Shown: piece by piece, positions 14,760 through 25,400 of the stretch
Layout: each line of letters starts with the position of its first letter
Position numbering within the stretch: position 1 is the first letter of the stretch
IMG/VR virus record: IMGVR_UViG_3300034168_000141
Location: 1-61,462 of that record
Reading direction: 5' to 3' (one strand)
Source of the DNA: a virus
Lineage: Duplodnaviria; Caudoviricetes
Length of the DNA stretch: 61,462 nt
Position numbers and translations under genes: made by a program
Notes under the pieces: model-generated
What the model was told of the DNA's origin: nothing
Databases searched by the model: none
What the model saw: only the letters and a program-made list of their open reading frames with translations

Positions 14760-16766
14760 TTAATTTGTTCCTGGGTATCTGCCTTGGTCGGGCATGTCAA
14801 ATGGTCGAGTATTAGCTGTAGCAAAGTCTTTAGCTATATCTTTTAAAGGCATGCCTGCTCTGATTGCTTTTGCTACTGATATAGGATCAGATGATTCTAA
14901 ACCATTATCTTTTACAAACTTTCCCTTCTCACGCTTTCTGAAGTATACTCTACGCTCCCAGTTATGCTTACAATTAACTCCGCCTTTATACAACCATACA
15001 GAATAGGTAGCTCCATTGTGGCCCATGTTAGGATTCAGCTCATTAGTATCTGATTCCATTTTAGTTAAATCTTCGTAACGGTATACATAACCATTACGTG
15101 CAGCGTTAGCCATTTGTCTACAGAACTTTCTACTCTTAGCGCTTGTATTTTTAGAGTAGGCATAACGCACTTTGTATAATCCGCTATCCATTTCAGATGG
15201 CTTATCAGGATCAGAGTAGCTTCTAACTGATGCAAGATTAACAGGCTCAGCTTCGATAAGCTCCCACTCCTCCTCATCTACTATCTCGCCCTTATCATCT
15301 AAGAATTCACACCACCAATTCTCATCCTCATCGGTAAAGATTGGCTTATCTGTGGAATCACTTAAATTAGTCTTTTTTTTTTGAGCAGATAGTTTAGCTA
15401 CAGCGTTGCCTCCGGTAGCTTCAAACATTGCAGTAGCTACGTCAATAGGTAACTGTAAGAACTGAACTAAGAATACAATGGCTTGCTCTTTAGTTAATGC
15501 TCCTGTCCCTACAGCTGCTACAATTTCTAAAGCGCTTGCTATCTGTGCACCGTTATAAGTTACATCACTTACTGATGCTCCTGCTGGTGCTACCGGTGCA
15601 GCTGTGTTAGAATCAGTTGTTGCATTATCTGCAACAGTTGAATCTATTGCTGCTGCTGCTGCATCCATCTCATCAGAGAATAAGTCGTTAGATTCAATAT
15701 AAACATCAGCCATAATGCCCATACCTTTAAATACTTCCTCAATACTATCTGTAACAATTTGCTGATATGGCTCAATTATATTCTTATTAAAAATTCTGTA
15801 AGCTTGTTTCATCTCATCAGCATTACTACCTAATCCTCCTGCATCACGAATACCAAAAAGTAGTGGTGATGTTACTCTGTGAGCGCCTAAGATGTTCTCT
15901 CTTGACTGAGTGCTTAACTCCATCCATTGCTTATCAGCATCGGACATAGGTACTAAGTCTAAACGTGGAGCTCTATCAGCAGATTCATTAAATGTAAATA
16001 CTACTTTGCCTGCCTTCTTAGCACCTACCATAGTCTCCCAATTTCTGCGGATAGCCATTTGCTCCTCAGGATCAGGAATACCGTTATTCATGTGAAGGAA
16101 ATAAGACGGTGCCATACCATTGCTTAAGAAAGCTCGGTAGAATTCGCTGATTTCTCTTGTTATTTCGATGTAATTGATAGCACTATAGTAGTCAGGCTTA
16201 GGATAGTAAGCACTGCCTGGAGTCATGATGCCCACAAATAGCACCTGAGAAGGCTCATCTGCTTTTGTAGTTGGATTATACATCGGGATAAATGTCGGAA
16301 TGTTCTTCTTTTTGCGCATATCATTCCAATCTTTAGAATAATAAACACCAGGTATAACATCTTCATCATTAGAAACAGCCAATCTAACATTCTCATAAGG
16401 CAAATGATTAATCTTAGCTACTGTTGTTCTATCTACACTCCAAATAATCTCTAAGTAGTAACCCCCTTGCATCTTAGCATCAAGCGTTATAGGCCTTCTT
16501 ATAGTGTTTAATTTCAATCTATCTATCTCACGTTGCGCTGTTGGATTAGTGCTCTTAAATTCCTTCCCTGCAATCATAAACGCTATGCTCATAGTAAGCG
16601 CTGAATGCACTGGTGAGCTATAGTATAAATCTATAAGGTAATTTGGGAATGAGTTAGCTTCACCAAGCGTTACCCATCCTTTGGGAGTTTCTTTCTCGTT
16701 AGCCTCTTGAGGCATTGCTGCTCCCAAGTTAACAAGCATTGGCGCTGAGTGTGCTATCTTATCCAT
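14760..16766 (-). CDS. Portal protein with C-terminal extension domain
   Basis: Portal-like core (YYPKPDY...NGMAPS...GAKKAGK...HRVTSP); A10 run at 15373-15382 precedes a Cys/His domain. Confidence 0.8.
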   Translation of the reverse strand: MDKIAHSAPMLVNLGAAMPQEANEKETPKGWVTLGEANSFPNYLIDLYYSSPVHSALTMSIAFMIAGKEFKSTNPTAQREIDRLKLNTIRRPITLDAKMQGGYYLEIIWSVDRTTVAKINHLPYENVRLAVSNDEDVIPGVYYSKDWNDMRKKKNIPTFIPMYNPTTKADEPSQVLFVGIMTPGSAYYPKPDYYSAINYIEITREISEFYRAFLSNGMAPSYFLHMNNGIPDPEEQMAIRRNWETMVGAKKAGKVVFTFNESADRAPRLDLVPMSDADKQWMELSTQSRENILGAHRVTSPLLFGIRDAGGLGSNADEMKQAYRIFNKNIIEPYQQIVTDSIEEVFKGMGIMADVYIESNDLFSDEMDAAAAAIDSTVADNATTDSNTAAPVAPAGASVSDVTYNGAQIASALEIVAAVGTGALTKEQAIVFLVQFLQLPIDVATAMFEATGGNAVAKLSAQKKKTNLSDSTDKPIFTDEDENWWCEFLDDKGEIVDEEEWELIEAEPVNLASVRSYSDPDKPSEMDSGLYKVRYAYSKNTSAKSRKFCRQMANAARNGYVYRYEDLTKMESDTNELNPNMGHNGATYSVWLYKGGVNCKHNWERRVYFRKREKGKFVKDNGLESSDPISVAKAIRAGMPLKDIAKDFATANTRPFDMPDQGRYPGTN

Positions 16767-17169
16767 TATATGCTATATCGTTATCTATTGTTAAATTCGG
16801 CTCTGTGAAACGAGGAGTAGTGATATCTTCTACTATTAAATACCCCTTCTCTATTACTCCTACTACTGCCGCATTTGTAGGATCTAAATTAGTGCTGCTA
16901 TTTTGCCCATAAACAATATAACTAAATCGTGCTGGATAGTTAATCAATAGGCTTGCAGCTGTTGGATTGTTGGCATTAGTGCCAATCTGAATGGTAGTGT
17001 ATCTATCATTCTGTGCTATCTGTGTTGGGATAGCATAAATCTTTTGAAGTGTCTGCTCGTTAGTTAATTCAAGCAGATAATGCGTATAAGTATTAGCAAG
17101 CAAAAGCTCCCCTTCCTTAAGGCTAAGGTAGAGGAGCTGAGTTGCTGTATTTTTTAGTAAGTAAATCAT
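16759..17169 (-). CDS. Virion structural protein (possible head closure)
   Basis: Between tail tube and portal; homologue 48700..49083 (YGQNS..NLDPTNA.VVG). Confidence 0.5.
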   Translation of the reverse strand: MIYLLKNTATQLLYLSLKEGELLLANTYTHYLLELTNEQTLQKIYAIPTQIAQNDRYTTIQIGTNANNPTAASLLINYPARFSYIVYGQNSSTNLDPTNAAVVGVIEKGYLIVEDITTPRFTEPNLTIDNDIAYNG

Positions 17170-17193
17170 TGGCTAAAGATAGCTCAAATTTAC

Positions 17194-17742
17194 TTATAGT
17201 GAACCTGGTACTACAGTAACAGTTGCGAAATCTTCAAATGGATTATCTCCAGCATCTTGGTCAAGTAAATATGCCTTATCTTTCTCCTCACCTGTGAAGG
17301 TAACGGTATATCCTACCATATCACCTTTCGCAGTACCGGTAGTAGTAGTGAATGCAGTAACCTCAACACCATCTTTATATCCACACATCCAAATGTTATC
17401 GTTATTGTCTTGTACAAAAAGTACGTTGCGACCTTTAGCAATATTTTGAAGTTGTAGTGCACGTGCAGCGCTCATTCCATGGAATGAACACACGATAGTC
17501 TGAGTGTAATATACAGTGCCATTTTCGATAGAGATTGCAGCCTCTTCTGTGAATGATCCTGTGTGCTTTGGTAATTCGAATTCGTAAACGCTACCTGTAG
17601 GTAGAGCAGTTACTAAATTGCTTGTAGGATCAATAGTAGCGTCATTAGCAAATGTAGCGTAAGCGCCAAGATAAACAGCTTTGATGCCACCAATCGCCTC
17701 TTTGCAATTAATTTGAAAGCCTAATGTGGTTAAACAGCTCAT
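17194..17742 (-). CDS. Major tail tube protein (putative)
   Basis: Follows capsid gene; beta-rich; TGTAKGDMVGYTVTF; homologue 49157..49663. Confidence 0.65.
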   Translation of the reverse strand: MSCLTTLGFQINCKEAIGGIKAVYLGAYATFANDATIDPTSNLVTALPTGSVYEFELPKHTGSFTEEAAISIENGTVYYTQTIVCSFHGMSAARALQLQNIAKGRNVLFVQDNNDNIWMCGYKDGVEVTAFTTTTGTAKGDMVGYTVTFTGEEKDKAYLLDQDAGDNPFEDFATVTVVPGSL

Positions 17743-17777
17743 GGTTATTTTTTATTATTTAGTTAAAATATCTTTGC

Positions 17778-17812
17778 AAAGAATGGGCAGCTCATAGCTT
17801 ACCCACTCTTTT
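17778..17812 (-). terminator. Hairpin/terminator after major capsid gene
   Basis: AAAGAATGGG...CCCACTCTTT imperfect inverted repeat; syntenic hairpin at 49687-49720. Confidence 0.6.
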
Positions 17813-17828
17813 AACAAAGGAGTATAAT

Positions 17829-18752
17829 TTAGTTATCGAATCCGATAACGATATCACCAAGCACTGCGTACTGAACACCAGCTCTGAATCTCATAGCCAT
17901 ACGCACGTTATCAGAAGCATCAGTGAAGCTCATATCTACAACCTTAACTTCGTTGAAATCTGATGTCAAATCAGTTCCGAATACCAAGTTAGCAGGAGTA
18001 GCTAAGATAACTACTGAATCAGAGATACCTGGACATACATACACATCATAACCGTTGAAAGTTAATGGAAATTGTACAGTACCTTGGAATGTTTGCAAGT
18101 ATCCAGCAGTAGCCAAAGCTTGACGGTATAACTGTGCAGTCTTACGGTTAACGTAGATCTTAAGATCAGGGCTTCCTACCAATGTAGCAGGCAATGCATC
18201 TGTACATAACTGAAGCTTAGCGATTACGTTAGTAGCATCCAAAGGAGCTGCGAAATCTACATCAGGAGTGCCACCTTTACCGGCATCAATTAAGTATTGC
18301 AATCCGTTAAATCCTGTGAATCCTGAAGATGGCCAGTTACCTTTCCAAATGTTGCACTCAATCTCCTGTGCTACTTTAGCAGCCAAGTGAGAGATTAAGA
18401 AATCAGAGAAGTTAGCAGGTACTACATCATTGATAAATCCACGACCTGTTTGAGCCGCTTCCCAATCTTTTGTAAATTCTGCTTTGCAAAGTTGGATATT
18501 AACCATAAGGTCAGTTACAGTCAATACTTTCTCCTCAAGAGTAAGAGCAGAAGTAGAATTGTCAAAGTCGCATGTAGCGCTCTTAACTAATCCTGAAGAT
18601 GCAAGTACCTTAAGTACAGCTTTGTATTTTACATTTTCCTTTACGGTAATGTAGTTGTTTGCAATAGTGTCTCCTGAAAGAACTGCTGCTGCAATGTACG
18701 GTAGCGCTAATTCGCCAGCGTAGGTTGAGGTGATGGTCAAGTTATCAGCCAT
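17829..18752 (-). CDS. Major capsid protein
   Basis: About 300 aa, after protease and scaffold, followed by terminator; homologue 49747..50649. Confidence 0.8.
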   Translation of the reverse strand: MADNLTITSTYAGELALPYIAAAVLSGDTIANNYITVKENVKYKAVLKVLASSGLVKSATCDFDNSTSALTLEEKVLTVTDLMVNIQLCKAEFTKDWEAAQTGRGFINDVVPANFSDFLISHLAAKVAQEIECNIWKGNWPSSGFTGFNGLQYLIDAGKGGTPDVDFAAPLDATNVIAKLQLCTDALPATLVGSPDLKIYVNRKTAQLYRQALATAGYLQTFQGTVQFPLTFNGYDVYVCPGISDSVVILATPANLVFGTDLTSDFNEVKVVDMSFTDASDNVRMAMRFRAGVQYAVLGDIVIGFDN

Positions 18753-18767
18753 TTTGTTTTTGTTTTA

Positions 18768-19346
18768 TTATTTGTTTTTGTATTTTGCTACTATTGCACG
18801 AGTTCTATCTTCGATATTACCCATTGCTTTGATGTTTAAAGGTGCTTCGTTTGAAGCTTGGCGAGACTGCTTAACAGTTGTCGCTGCTGGTGCTTGTGAA
18901 AGCTCAGTAATCTTGCTCTCAGCAGCGCTTAACTTAGCTTCGAACTCAGAGATAATGTTATTTAACAATCCCTCTACTTGCTCCTTAGAGTAAGTCTCAG
19001 CCACTTCTTGCTCTACTGTTACCTCTACTTCTGTAGAAGGCTCTTCAGCATCAGAGATAGATGCGATTAAACCACTTGCTACAACAATCATTTTACCGTT
19101 GTCTAAAGTGTATTCGCCATCTGCTAAAGGTGAAGGATTGCCATCTGCATCCATTACGAATATCTCTACTCCCTCAGCCCATTCGGCAGCAGGTGAATAG
19201 ATCATAGTGCCATCCATCAAAGCGCCCTCAGCCATCATCTCTACCTTAGTAGTTTCAGCTACAGGAGTCTCTTCAACAGATAACTTCACTCCATGCTTCA
19301 TAAGCTGCGGAGCGAACTTTTCTAAAATTTCAGAAATCATGTTCAT
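18768..19346 (-). CDS. Putative scaffold protein
   Basis: Very acidic, DGEY motif, coiled coil; between protease and capsid. Confidence 0.6.
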   Translation of the reverse strand: MNMISEILEKFAPQLMKHGVKLSVEETPVAETTKVEMMAEGALMDGTMIYSPAAEWAEGVEIFVMDADGNPSPLADGEYTLDNGKMIVVASGLIASISDAEEPSTEVEVTVEQEVAETYSKEQVEGLLNNIISEFEAKLSAAESKITELSQAPAATTVKQSRQASNEAPLNIKAMGNIEDRTRAIVAKYKNK

Positions 19347-19371
19347 AGTTTATAATTATTAGTGGAAAAAA

Positions 19372-19971
19372 TTACATATTCATTTCAAGTGCAGCAGCTA
19401 ATTCAGCTAATAGCTTCTCAAGGTCCTTCTCTTCTACCTTAGTCTCAGCCATTGGAGTAAACCATCCCTCTATAGAGAAGCCCTTAACCTCGCCATTCTT
19501 TACAGCAGCCCAAGTAGCATCATCATCTACCTTTACACCTATCATCCAGGTACCATCCGGTAACTCAAAGCCATAATTATCACCCTTATCAGCGCCTGCC
19601 TTAATCCAAGATTCAACAACAGTTAAGTTGTTTACCGGCATCTCATGCTGGATAGTGTGATTATGGTGCATATTACGCTTAAGGAATTCCTGAGCAGTCT
19701 GCTCAATAGTCTCTTTGCTGTATGTGATGAAATACTTTTCACCGTTACCATCGTAACGTACTATAGGCTGATTAGGGATCAGTGCAGGACCATATAACAT
19801 ACGCTTCTCACCATCCTCTACTCTTGCTAATAGCAAGTTAGCTTTAGATAGTGCTACAAAGTCTACCATTATAGCAGGCTCACTAACAAGGCTCACAGCG
19901 TACACTCCCATGTTATCCTCTTCCTCGCCTAAGCCGTATTCAATTAATTTTACATCACTCATAAGTTTCAT
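19372..19971 (-). CDS. XkdF-like prohead serine protease
   Basis: AVSLVSEPAI...GPALIP...H...VESW...GTWM...KGFSIEG. Confidence 0.75.
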   Translation of the reverse strand: MKLMSDVKLIEYGLGEEEDNMGVYAVSLVSEPAIMVDFVALSKANLLLARVEDGEKRMLYGPALIPNQPIVRYDGNGEKYFITYSKETIEQTAQEFLKRNMHHNHTIQHEMPVNNLTVVESWIKAGADKGDNYGFELPDGTWMIGVKVDDDATWAAVKNGEVKGFSIEGWFTPMAETKVEEKDLEKLLAELAAALEMNM

Positions 19972-20112
19972 TTATTTCAAAAATTATAGCATCAATTATT
20001 TCGTCTATGATAGTATCAGTATCTTCTAATCCTGTTTTATCAATTTCAGATAGTGCGTTTCTTACTCCTCTTGCTACGCACTTTTTTAATAGTGGAAAAT
20101 TCGACATATTTG

Positions 20113-22281
20113 TTATAAGTATGATTGATCTATTATCTTTTGACGTGCCTCTAAAGCGTTGGCTACATTGCCTGCTAATACATAAGTCTCTACTGTACCC
20201 GGTGCGTTATTATTAAAGTTACCTCCGCTGAAGTCTACAGCTGGAGCATTAGCTTGAGTATTAGTAGCACCTCCTCCCTGATCCATTGAAGTATTAGGAG
20301 CTCCTCCACCAAATTGAGTTTTAGCTATCTTAGCTACGTTAGCAAATCCCATTACACCAACCGCAACAGCTTGAGCTATCTTAACTGATGTTGGAACAGT
20401 CTCAGGTGAATTAAGAGCTTTAACAATAGCCGCATAAGTATCTACTAAAGACATAGCTATATTAAGAGCCTTGTTTACGTTGAACTGTCTCTTAGCAGTT
20501 TTCTCAGTACGTGCAGTAAAGCTTTCATTTAATGCAGTTAATGCAGATAAACCTTGTTTAACTGTATCTACTCTTAACTGCGCTTCTGCTTCAGCGTATT
20601 TCTTGGTAATAGCTAACTCAGCTTTAGCTTGCTGATCTTTTAATGTTTGTGCATTTTGGCCATAGTATTCAGCCTCAGTAATAAGTTGAAAATAATGCTC
20701 TCTTAATTGCTTTAATTCTAAATCTTGAGCCGATAAGCCAGCTTCATAAATACCCTCTTGAATAGTGTCAATAATTGTTTGCTCATCAGCCATAGCTTGA
20801 GTGTAAGCATCATTATAAGCTTTTTGTTTAGCAAGTTTTTTATCATTTTTATCCTTTTCTAAATTAACTTCTCTTTCTGTTTGGGTAAGTAATAATTCTA
20901 TTACTGCATTATTATACCACTCTTCTACAAGCAATCTATCAGCACCATTCTTTTGAGCCTCTTTCTTTTTCTTTTCGTATTGTTGGCGCAGTAACTCTAA
21001 TTCGTAAACATCAGCAGTGCTAAATGATTTTAATAATTCATTACGTAAATCTTGCTCAAAATCGGCACGTGTATCTATTTTAGCTTGTCTTGCATCAGCA
21101 GCTTCTTTTTCAATTTGCCTTTCTGTTTTAGCAATTACATCTTGAAGCAATTTAATATCTGCTTCAGTCTGTTTAAGGCCAAATATATCAGCATCTTTCC
21201 AAACCTTCTCGTTATTATCCTTAACCTGTTCACCTAATGAAGCTACAAAATCAGCAGCTCCACCCATTTCAGTAGTTACGTTAGCTTGTAACGCTTGCTG
21301 CTCTTTTAACTTTACATTAGCCTCATCTAAAAGCTGATTTAACTTTTGTGTAGATTGCTGTTTCTTTAATTCAGTAGCTTGTGCATCACCTAATAAACCA
21401 TAGGCTTCTACCAATCCATCATTATATTCTTTCTGAGCAGTAGCCTGATTAGTTGCTAATTGATTTTGCAACTCAAGCTTTTTATTATAAGCCTCTTGTA
21501 ACTTATCTTTATCTTTACTTATTTGAGCAAGTCTCATTTGAGTTTCTTGCTGTTTAATCTGATTGTTTAATAACTGCTCTTGTAATCTGTACTGAACAAA
21601 AGTAGAATCTCCATAAGCCTTACTTAAAGCTATTTGTTTATTTAAAATCTGCTCTTGCTTTTTCATAGCGTCAAGCGACTTTTCTAAATGATATCTAACT
21701 TTAGCTACTCCATTAGCTTGGTACATTTCAAATAGAGCCGTTAGCTCTTCCCAATAAGTATAAATAGCAGTAAGAACTCCAATAAGCAACCAAATAGGAT
21801 TCTCTTTTATAGCTGTTCCTAAAGCTTTAAATGCTGCTTTTCCTGCTGTGCCTATAGCTCTTAATCCATTGCTTATATCTTCAGGCTTAATTCGTGCAAG
21901 ATTACCAGCTACTAAATTTATTGATTGACTCAATCCATCAAAGTCAAGGTTGCTAATTTGCATACCCATCAAACCAAATGAATTACTTAAACCTTCAATA
22001 GCAGGCCCGGTATTTCCCTTTACTGCATCAGCAGCATCATTCATTCTATCCTTAAGTTCACCCATTTGAGCCGATAGCTCAGCAAATCGGGCGCTACTTG
22101 GATCATATTTATCTTGCTCTTTTCTTAATGCTGCATATTGCTGCTTTAATCCTTTAGTAGACTCCTCTACTTGAGTAGTAGAATCATCTACTTTTTTAAG
22201 CTCTTTGTTAATCTCCTCTAATCCTGCAAAAGTTCCATCATCATTAAAGAGGAGCTTTAATATCATTTCTTGTGTAGCCAT
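20113..22281 (-). CDS. Tape measure protein
   Basis: Long helical Ala/Lys/Gln-rich protein in the tail module; homologue 52134..54029. Confidence 0.7.
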   Translation of the reverse strand: MATQEMILKLLFNDDGTFAGLEEINKELKKVDDSTTQVEESTKGLKQQYAALRKEQDKYDPSSARFAELSAQMGELKDRMNDAADAVKGNTGPAIEGLSNSFGLMGMQISNLDFDGLSQSINLVAGNLARIKPEDISNGLRAIGTAGKAAFKALGTAIKENPIWLLIGVLTAIYTYWEELTALFEMYQANGVAKVRYHLEKSLDAMKKQEQILNKQIALSKAYGDSTFVQYRLQEQLLNNQIKQQETQMRLAQISKDKDKLQEAYNKKLELQNQLATNQATAQKEYNDGLVEAYGLLGDAQATELKKQQSTQKLNQLLDEANVKLKEQQALQANVTTEMGGAADFVASLGEQVKDNNEKVWKDADIFGLKQTEADIKLLQDVIAKTERQIEKEAADARQAKIDTRADFEQDLRNELLKSFSTADVYELELLRQQYEKKKKEAQKNGADRLLVEEWYNNAVIELLLTQTEREVNLEKDKNDKKLAKQKAYNDAYTQAMADEQTIIDTIQEGIYEAGLSAQDLELKQLREHYFQLITEAEYYGQNAQTLKDQQAKAELAITKKYAEAEAQLRVDTVKQGLSALTALNESFTARTEKTAKRQFNVNKALNIAMSLVDTYAAIVKALNSPETVPTSVKIAQAVAVGVMGFANVAKIAKTQFGGGAPNTSMDQGGGATNTQANAPAVDFSGGNFNNNAPGTVETYVLAGNVANALEARQKIIDQSYL

Positions 22282-22478
22282 TATACTATGCTATAAATTG
22301 TTAATGTAATTAAGCTAAGTAGCCCTATAACTATAGTGTAATTAATAGCTCTTATTTGCCATACCTTAAGCTTGGCATGATGGCTACCTACTGCATGCTG
22401 AAAAGTCTTAGTCTTACCTTGAGCTCCAGCACGCAACAAAGTCATGCTAATCACTATATCTTCTTGAGGATTTGTCAT
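22281..22478 (-). CDS. Small membrane protein
   Basis: C-terminal TM; same slot as 54029..54235. Confidence 0.6.
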   Translation of the reverse strand: MTNPQEDIVISMTLLRAGAQGKTKTFQHAVGSHHAKLKVWQIRAINYTIVIGLLSLITLTIYSIV

Positions 22479-25400
22479 ATTATAGGTGTACGTTGGAATT
22501 TAGATTGAGTGTATTGAATAGTGGCGCTTACTACTGCCGTTTTACCGGTTAACTTGCACGTGATGTACGGTGCTATTTTATTACTTACTACTGGCATGTA
22601 CAAATCAAACAAGCTCGCACCAAATCCACTATAAAATTGGTTAACCAAAATCGGAGTAGAGCTGAACTGAGTTGTTTTATCTTTCCATAACATAGAGCTG
22701 TATTCTAAGCTTGCTACCCTTCCTATAAAGTCGGTTACATTATAGTCATATTCAAGTATAGAAATGTATACTTTAACCATCCATACTGTCTCAGTAGGCA
22801 TCACTATAGAGCCACCGCTAATACCATCTAACAATAGATTAATATTTGTAGGATTAGCATTTAAAGCACCTAACCCCATAAGCTGAATAAAGCCATGCTG
22901 TGATCTACCTGGTATAGTTGTCCCGTAGTTACTTGTTCCATCGTACCATGTACCACCTCCAAAGTGCACCCCTCTTACATCTGCCTCTGCCCATCTGCCC
23001 ATTACAGTAGTACCTTCTAAGTTAGGTCTGATAAAGTTGCGATATCCTAAAGCTTGGCTATAGTTGTTGTTAGGTGAGATACCATGCCCTAAGCCACTAA
23101 CAAAAATGCGCTCGTTATTGTTTTCTATTTCACCTCTAACTACGTTACCCATACCTGTGGCGCTCTTTTGGTTACCGCTTGTATTAGTGATATTGCTGCC
23201 GCCTGAGTTATTAGGTGAGCCAATTATACCGCCTGTTCCATTTGTTGGAGTAGACGCAAAGCATTGGCCCTTCTTTGAATTCCAAGTATAGCCGTAATAC
23301 TCACAGCATTCCTGTGATCCGTAACTCGTTGCTCCATCGTAATCTAAAAACTCTACTGCTCCTGTGCTTACGTTAATTGTGGATGGTGTGTATTGGCATA
23401 GCGCTCCAATGTCAAGTAAGCGCATGAGCTTGCATTTAGTTACTTGCTCTTCTGCTACAATATAATCTGTTAATTCAATCACTCTCCACCAAGAATCCTT
23501 AATCCAAATCTTATCGTTAAACTTTAGGCCGAATACATCGGTAACATCTAATTGAAAATAAGCTTCCATAATTTTCTGCTCATCATCGTAAATTTCAGCA
23601 ATATACTCTCTCCAATATCTATCCCATAGCGTATGTAATGGCATGGTTTCTATTGGATGCGGAGGAATCTCTTGGCCAAAGTTTAGGTCATCGGTACCTA
23701 TTGCAGTTGGGATTGTTTTATAATGACTAAGTAATGGAATAAATGTAAATGTAGCTTCCTCTGCTACCTCATCATAAACCATAACTACAGCAGATTCAGT
23801 ATCTGCTCTGCGATAAAGTATCCTTGGTCCAGGTGTCATAAATTCACCTTTCTCATTAAAGTATTTAGGGATTACATAATTAGTGTTAGGAATCAGGTCG
23901 CATGGCGAAGCTCCAAATGTTAACTCTACAGTATAATCGTTAGTGCTGAAATCATTGCCCGGATCAGTAAGCCTAAGCTCACCATAAATGCGTTGTGCTC
24001 CTGTCTTATATTGAGCATTAAAATAATCTCCCTGCTCTTTGTAGCTCCATTTTAACATTCTTTTTCTGATATCTGAAGCTGGAGTAAGTGTGATATCTTT
24101 AGATGTGTCAAGTTTACCTGTCCAATCGTAATCCTCACCGCTGCCTAAATACTCCACCATTGGAATAATCTCAACAGCATTAGGTGCGTTAGGATTTGGT
24201 ACTAACACAGCATTAAACATCTTGAGAATATCTCTTAAGAAATCTACCTGCTTCATCTCAGGCGCATTGTTAGCTATCTGCACTGGATAGGCATAGCTTA
24301 AACCACTAACGTAACTAAATGCAGCGTAACTATCCGCTTTAATTTCTACATTTTGTGAGCTGCCTGCATGAGCAAAAATGTATAAAGTATACACATCACC
24401 TTGCTGCACGTCTAATTGAAAGTTGCTTGCTACGTTAAATGGATTAATTGGAGTAGTAGGCTGCCATCCTATACCTTGAGTATATTGCAAAGATGTAGGA
24501 CCTACTCCCATAGATAAAGGAAATGGAAAGAATAATTCAGTGCCACTTCTTACTCTCTTCCACATAATATCATACACATGCTGAGTATCTGCAGAATAGC
24601 CTGTAGTATCTACTTCAATATTTAAATCTATTTCAAAATTAGCTTGAAAGCTACCCTGAGCAGTGTATGCATTAGATGCCCAGCTATTAGATGGATCACT
24701 TATTTCGGTCCATCCTGTAAGTTGTTTGTAGTAATTACTTTGATCACCTTGAATATTAATATTAAACGCAGTATCTGCAGCAAATTCTACCTTAAATTTA
24801 GCTTCATCATTACTTAATCCCTCAGTTCGTGGACCTGTAACGTAGGGAACATACATCTTTAATAACTCTTCTTCTATTGTAGTTCCGCTATAAGTAAAGC
24901 CTGCCTCTGTTATTATCTTATTAAGCAGATATTTAGCCTGAAGCGCTAAGGTTAGCTCACCGGTATAGATAGGATTAACATCACTAAATATCCTTCTACT
25001 ACCTATCGCAGTATCTTCACTCCAATTCTGTCCTCTATCAGTTAAAGTATAACATGCAGCACCATCAAATAAACTGCTATTATTTATATCTTTAACATTT
25101 TCAAAAGTATTATCGTGCTCTAAATCAGAATAATCTAATTCTTTGAGTAGCTTATCTCCAATGCTGCGAGCTAAATCTACTGTCTCTCCAAAGAAAGCTA
25201 TAACGAATTCATGTACCTTATCCTGATGCGTAACTGCCTGCTTAAATTGGATGTGTCCCTCCGCAATGGGCAGCGTGTTAACGCTTAGCGTTGCATCAAT
25301 CTTTCTAAGTACGTTAATCTGAGTAGTGTCATTGTTAAGTAAGCTTGGGCTGTATTGCTGCCCAAAGAAATCTACGTTATTCTGCGTTGCAGGTATTCTA

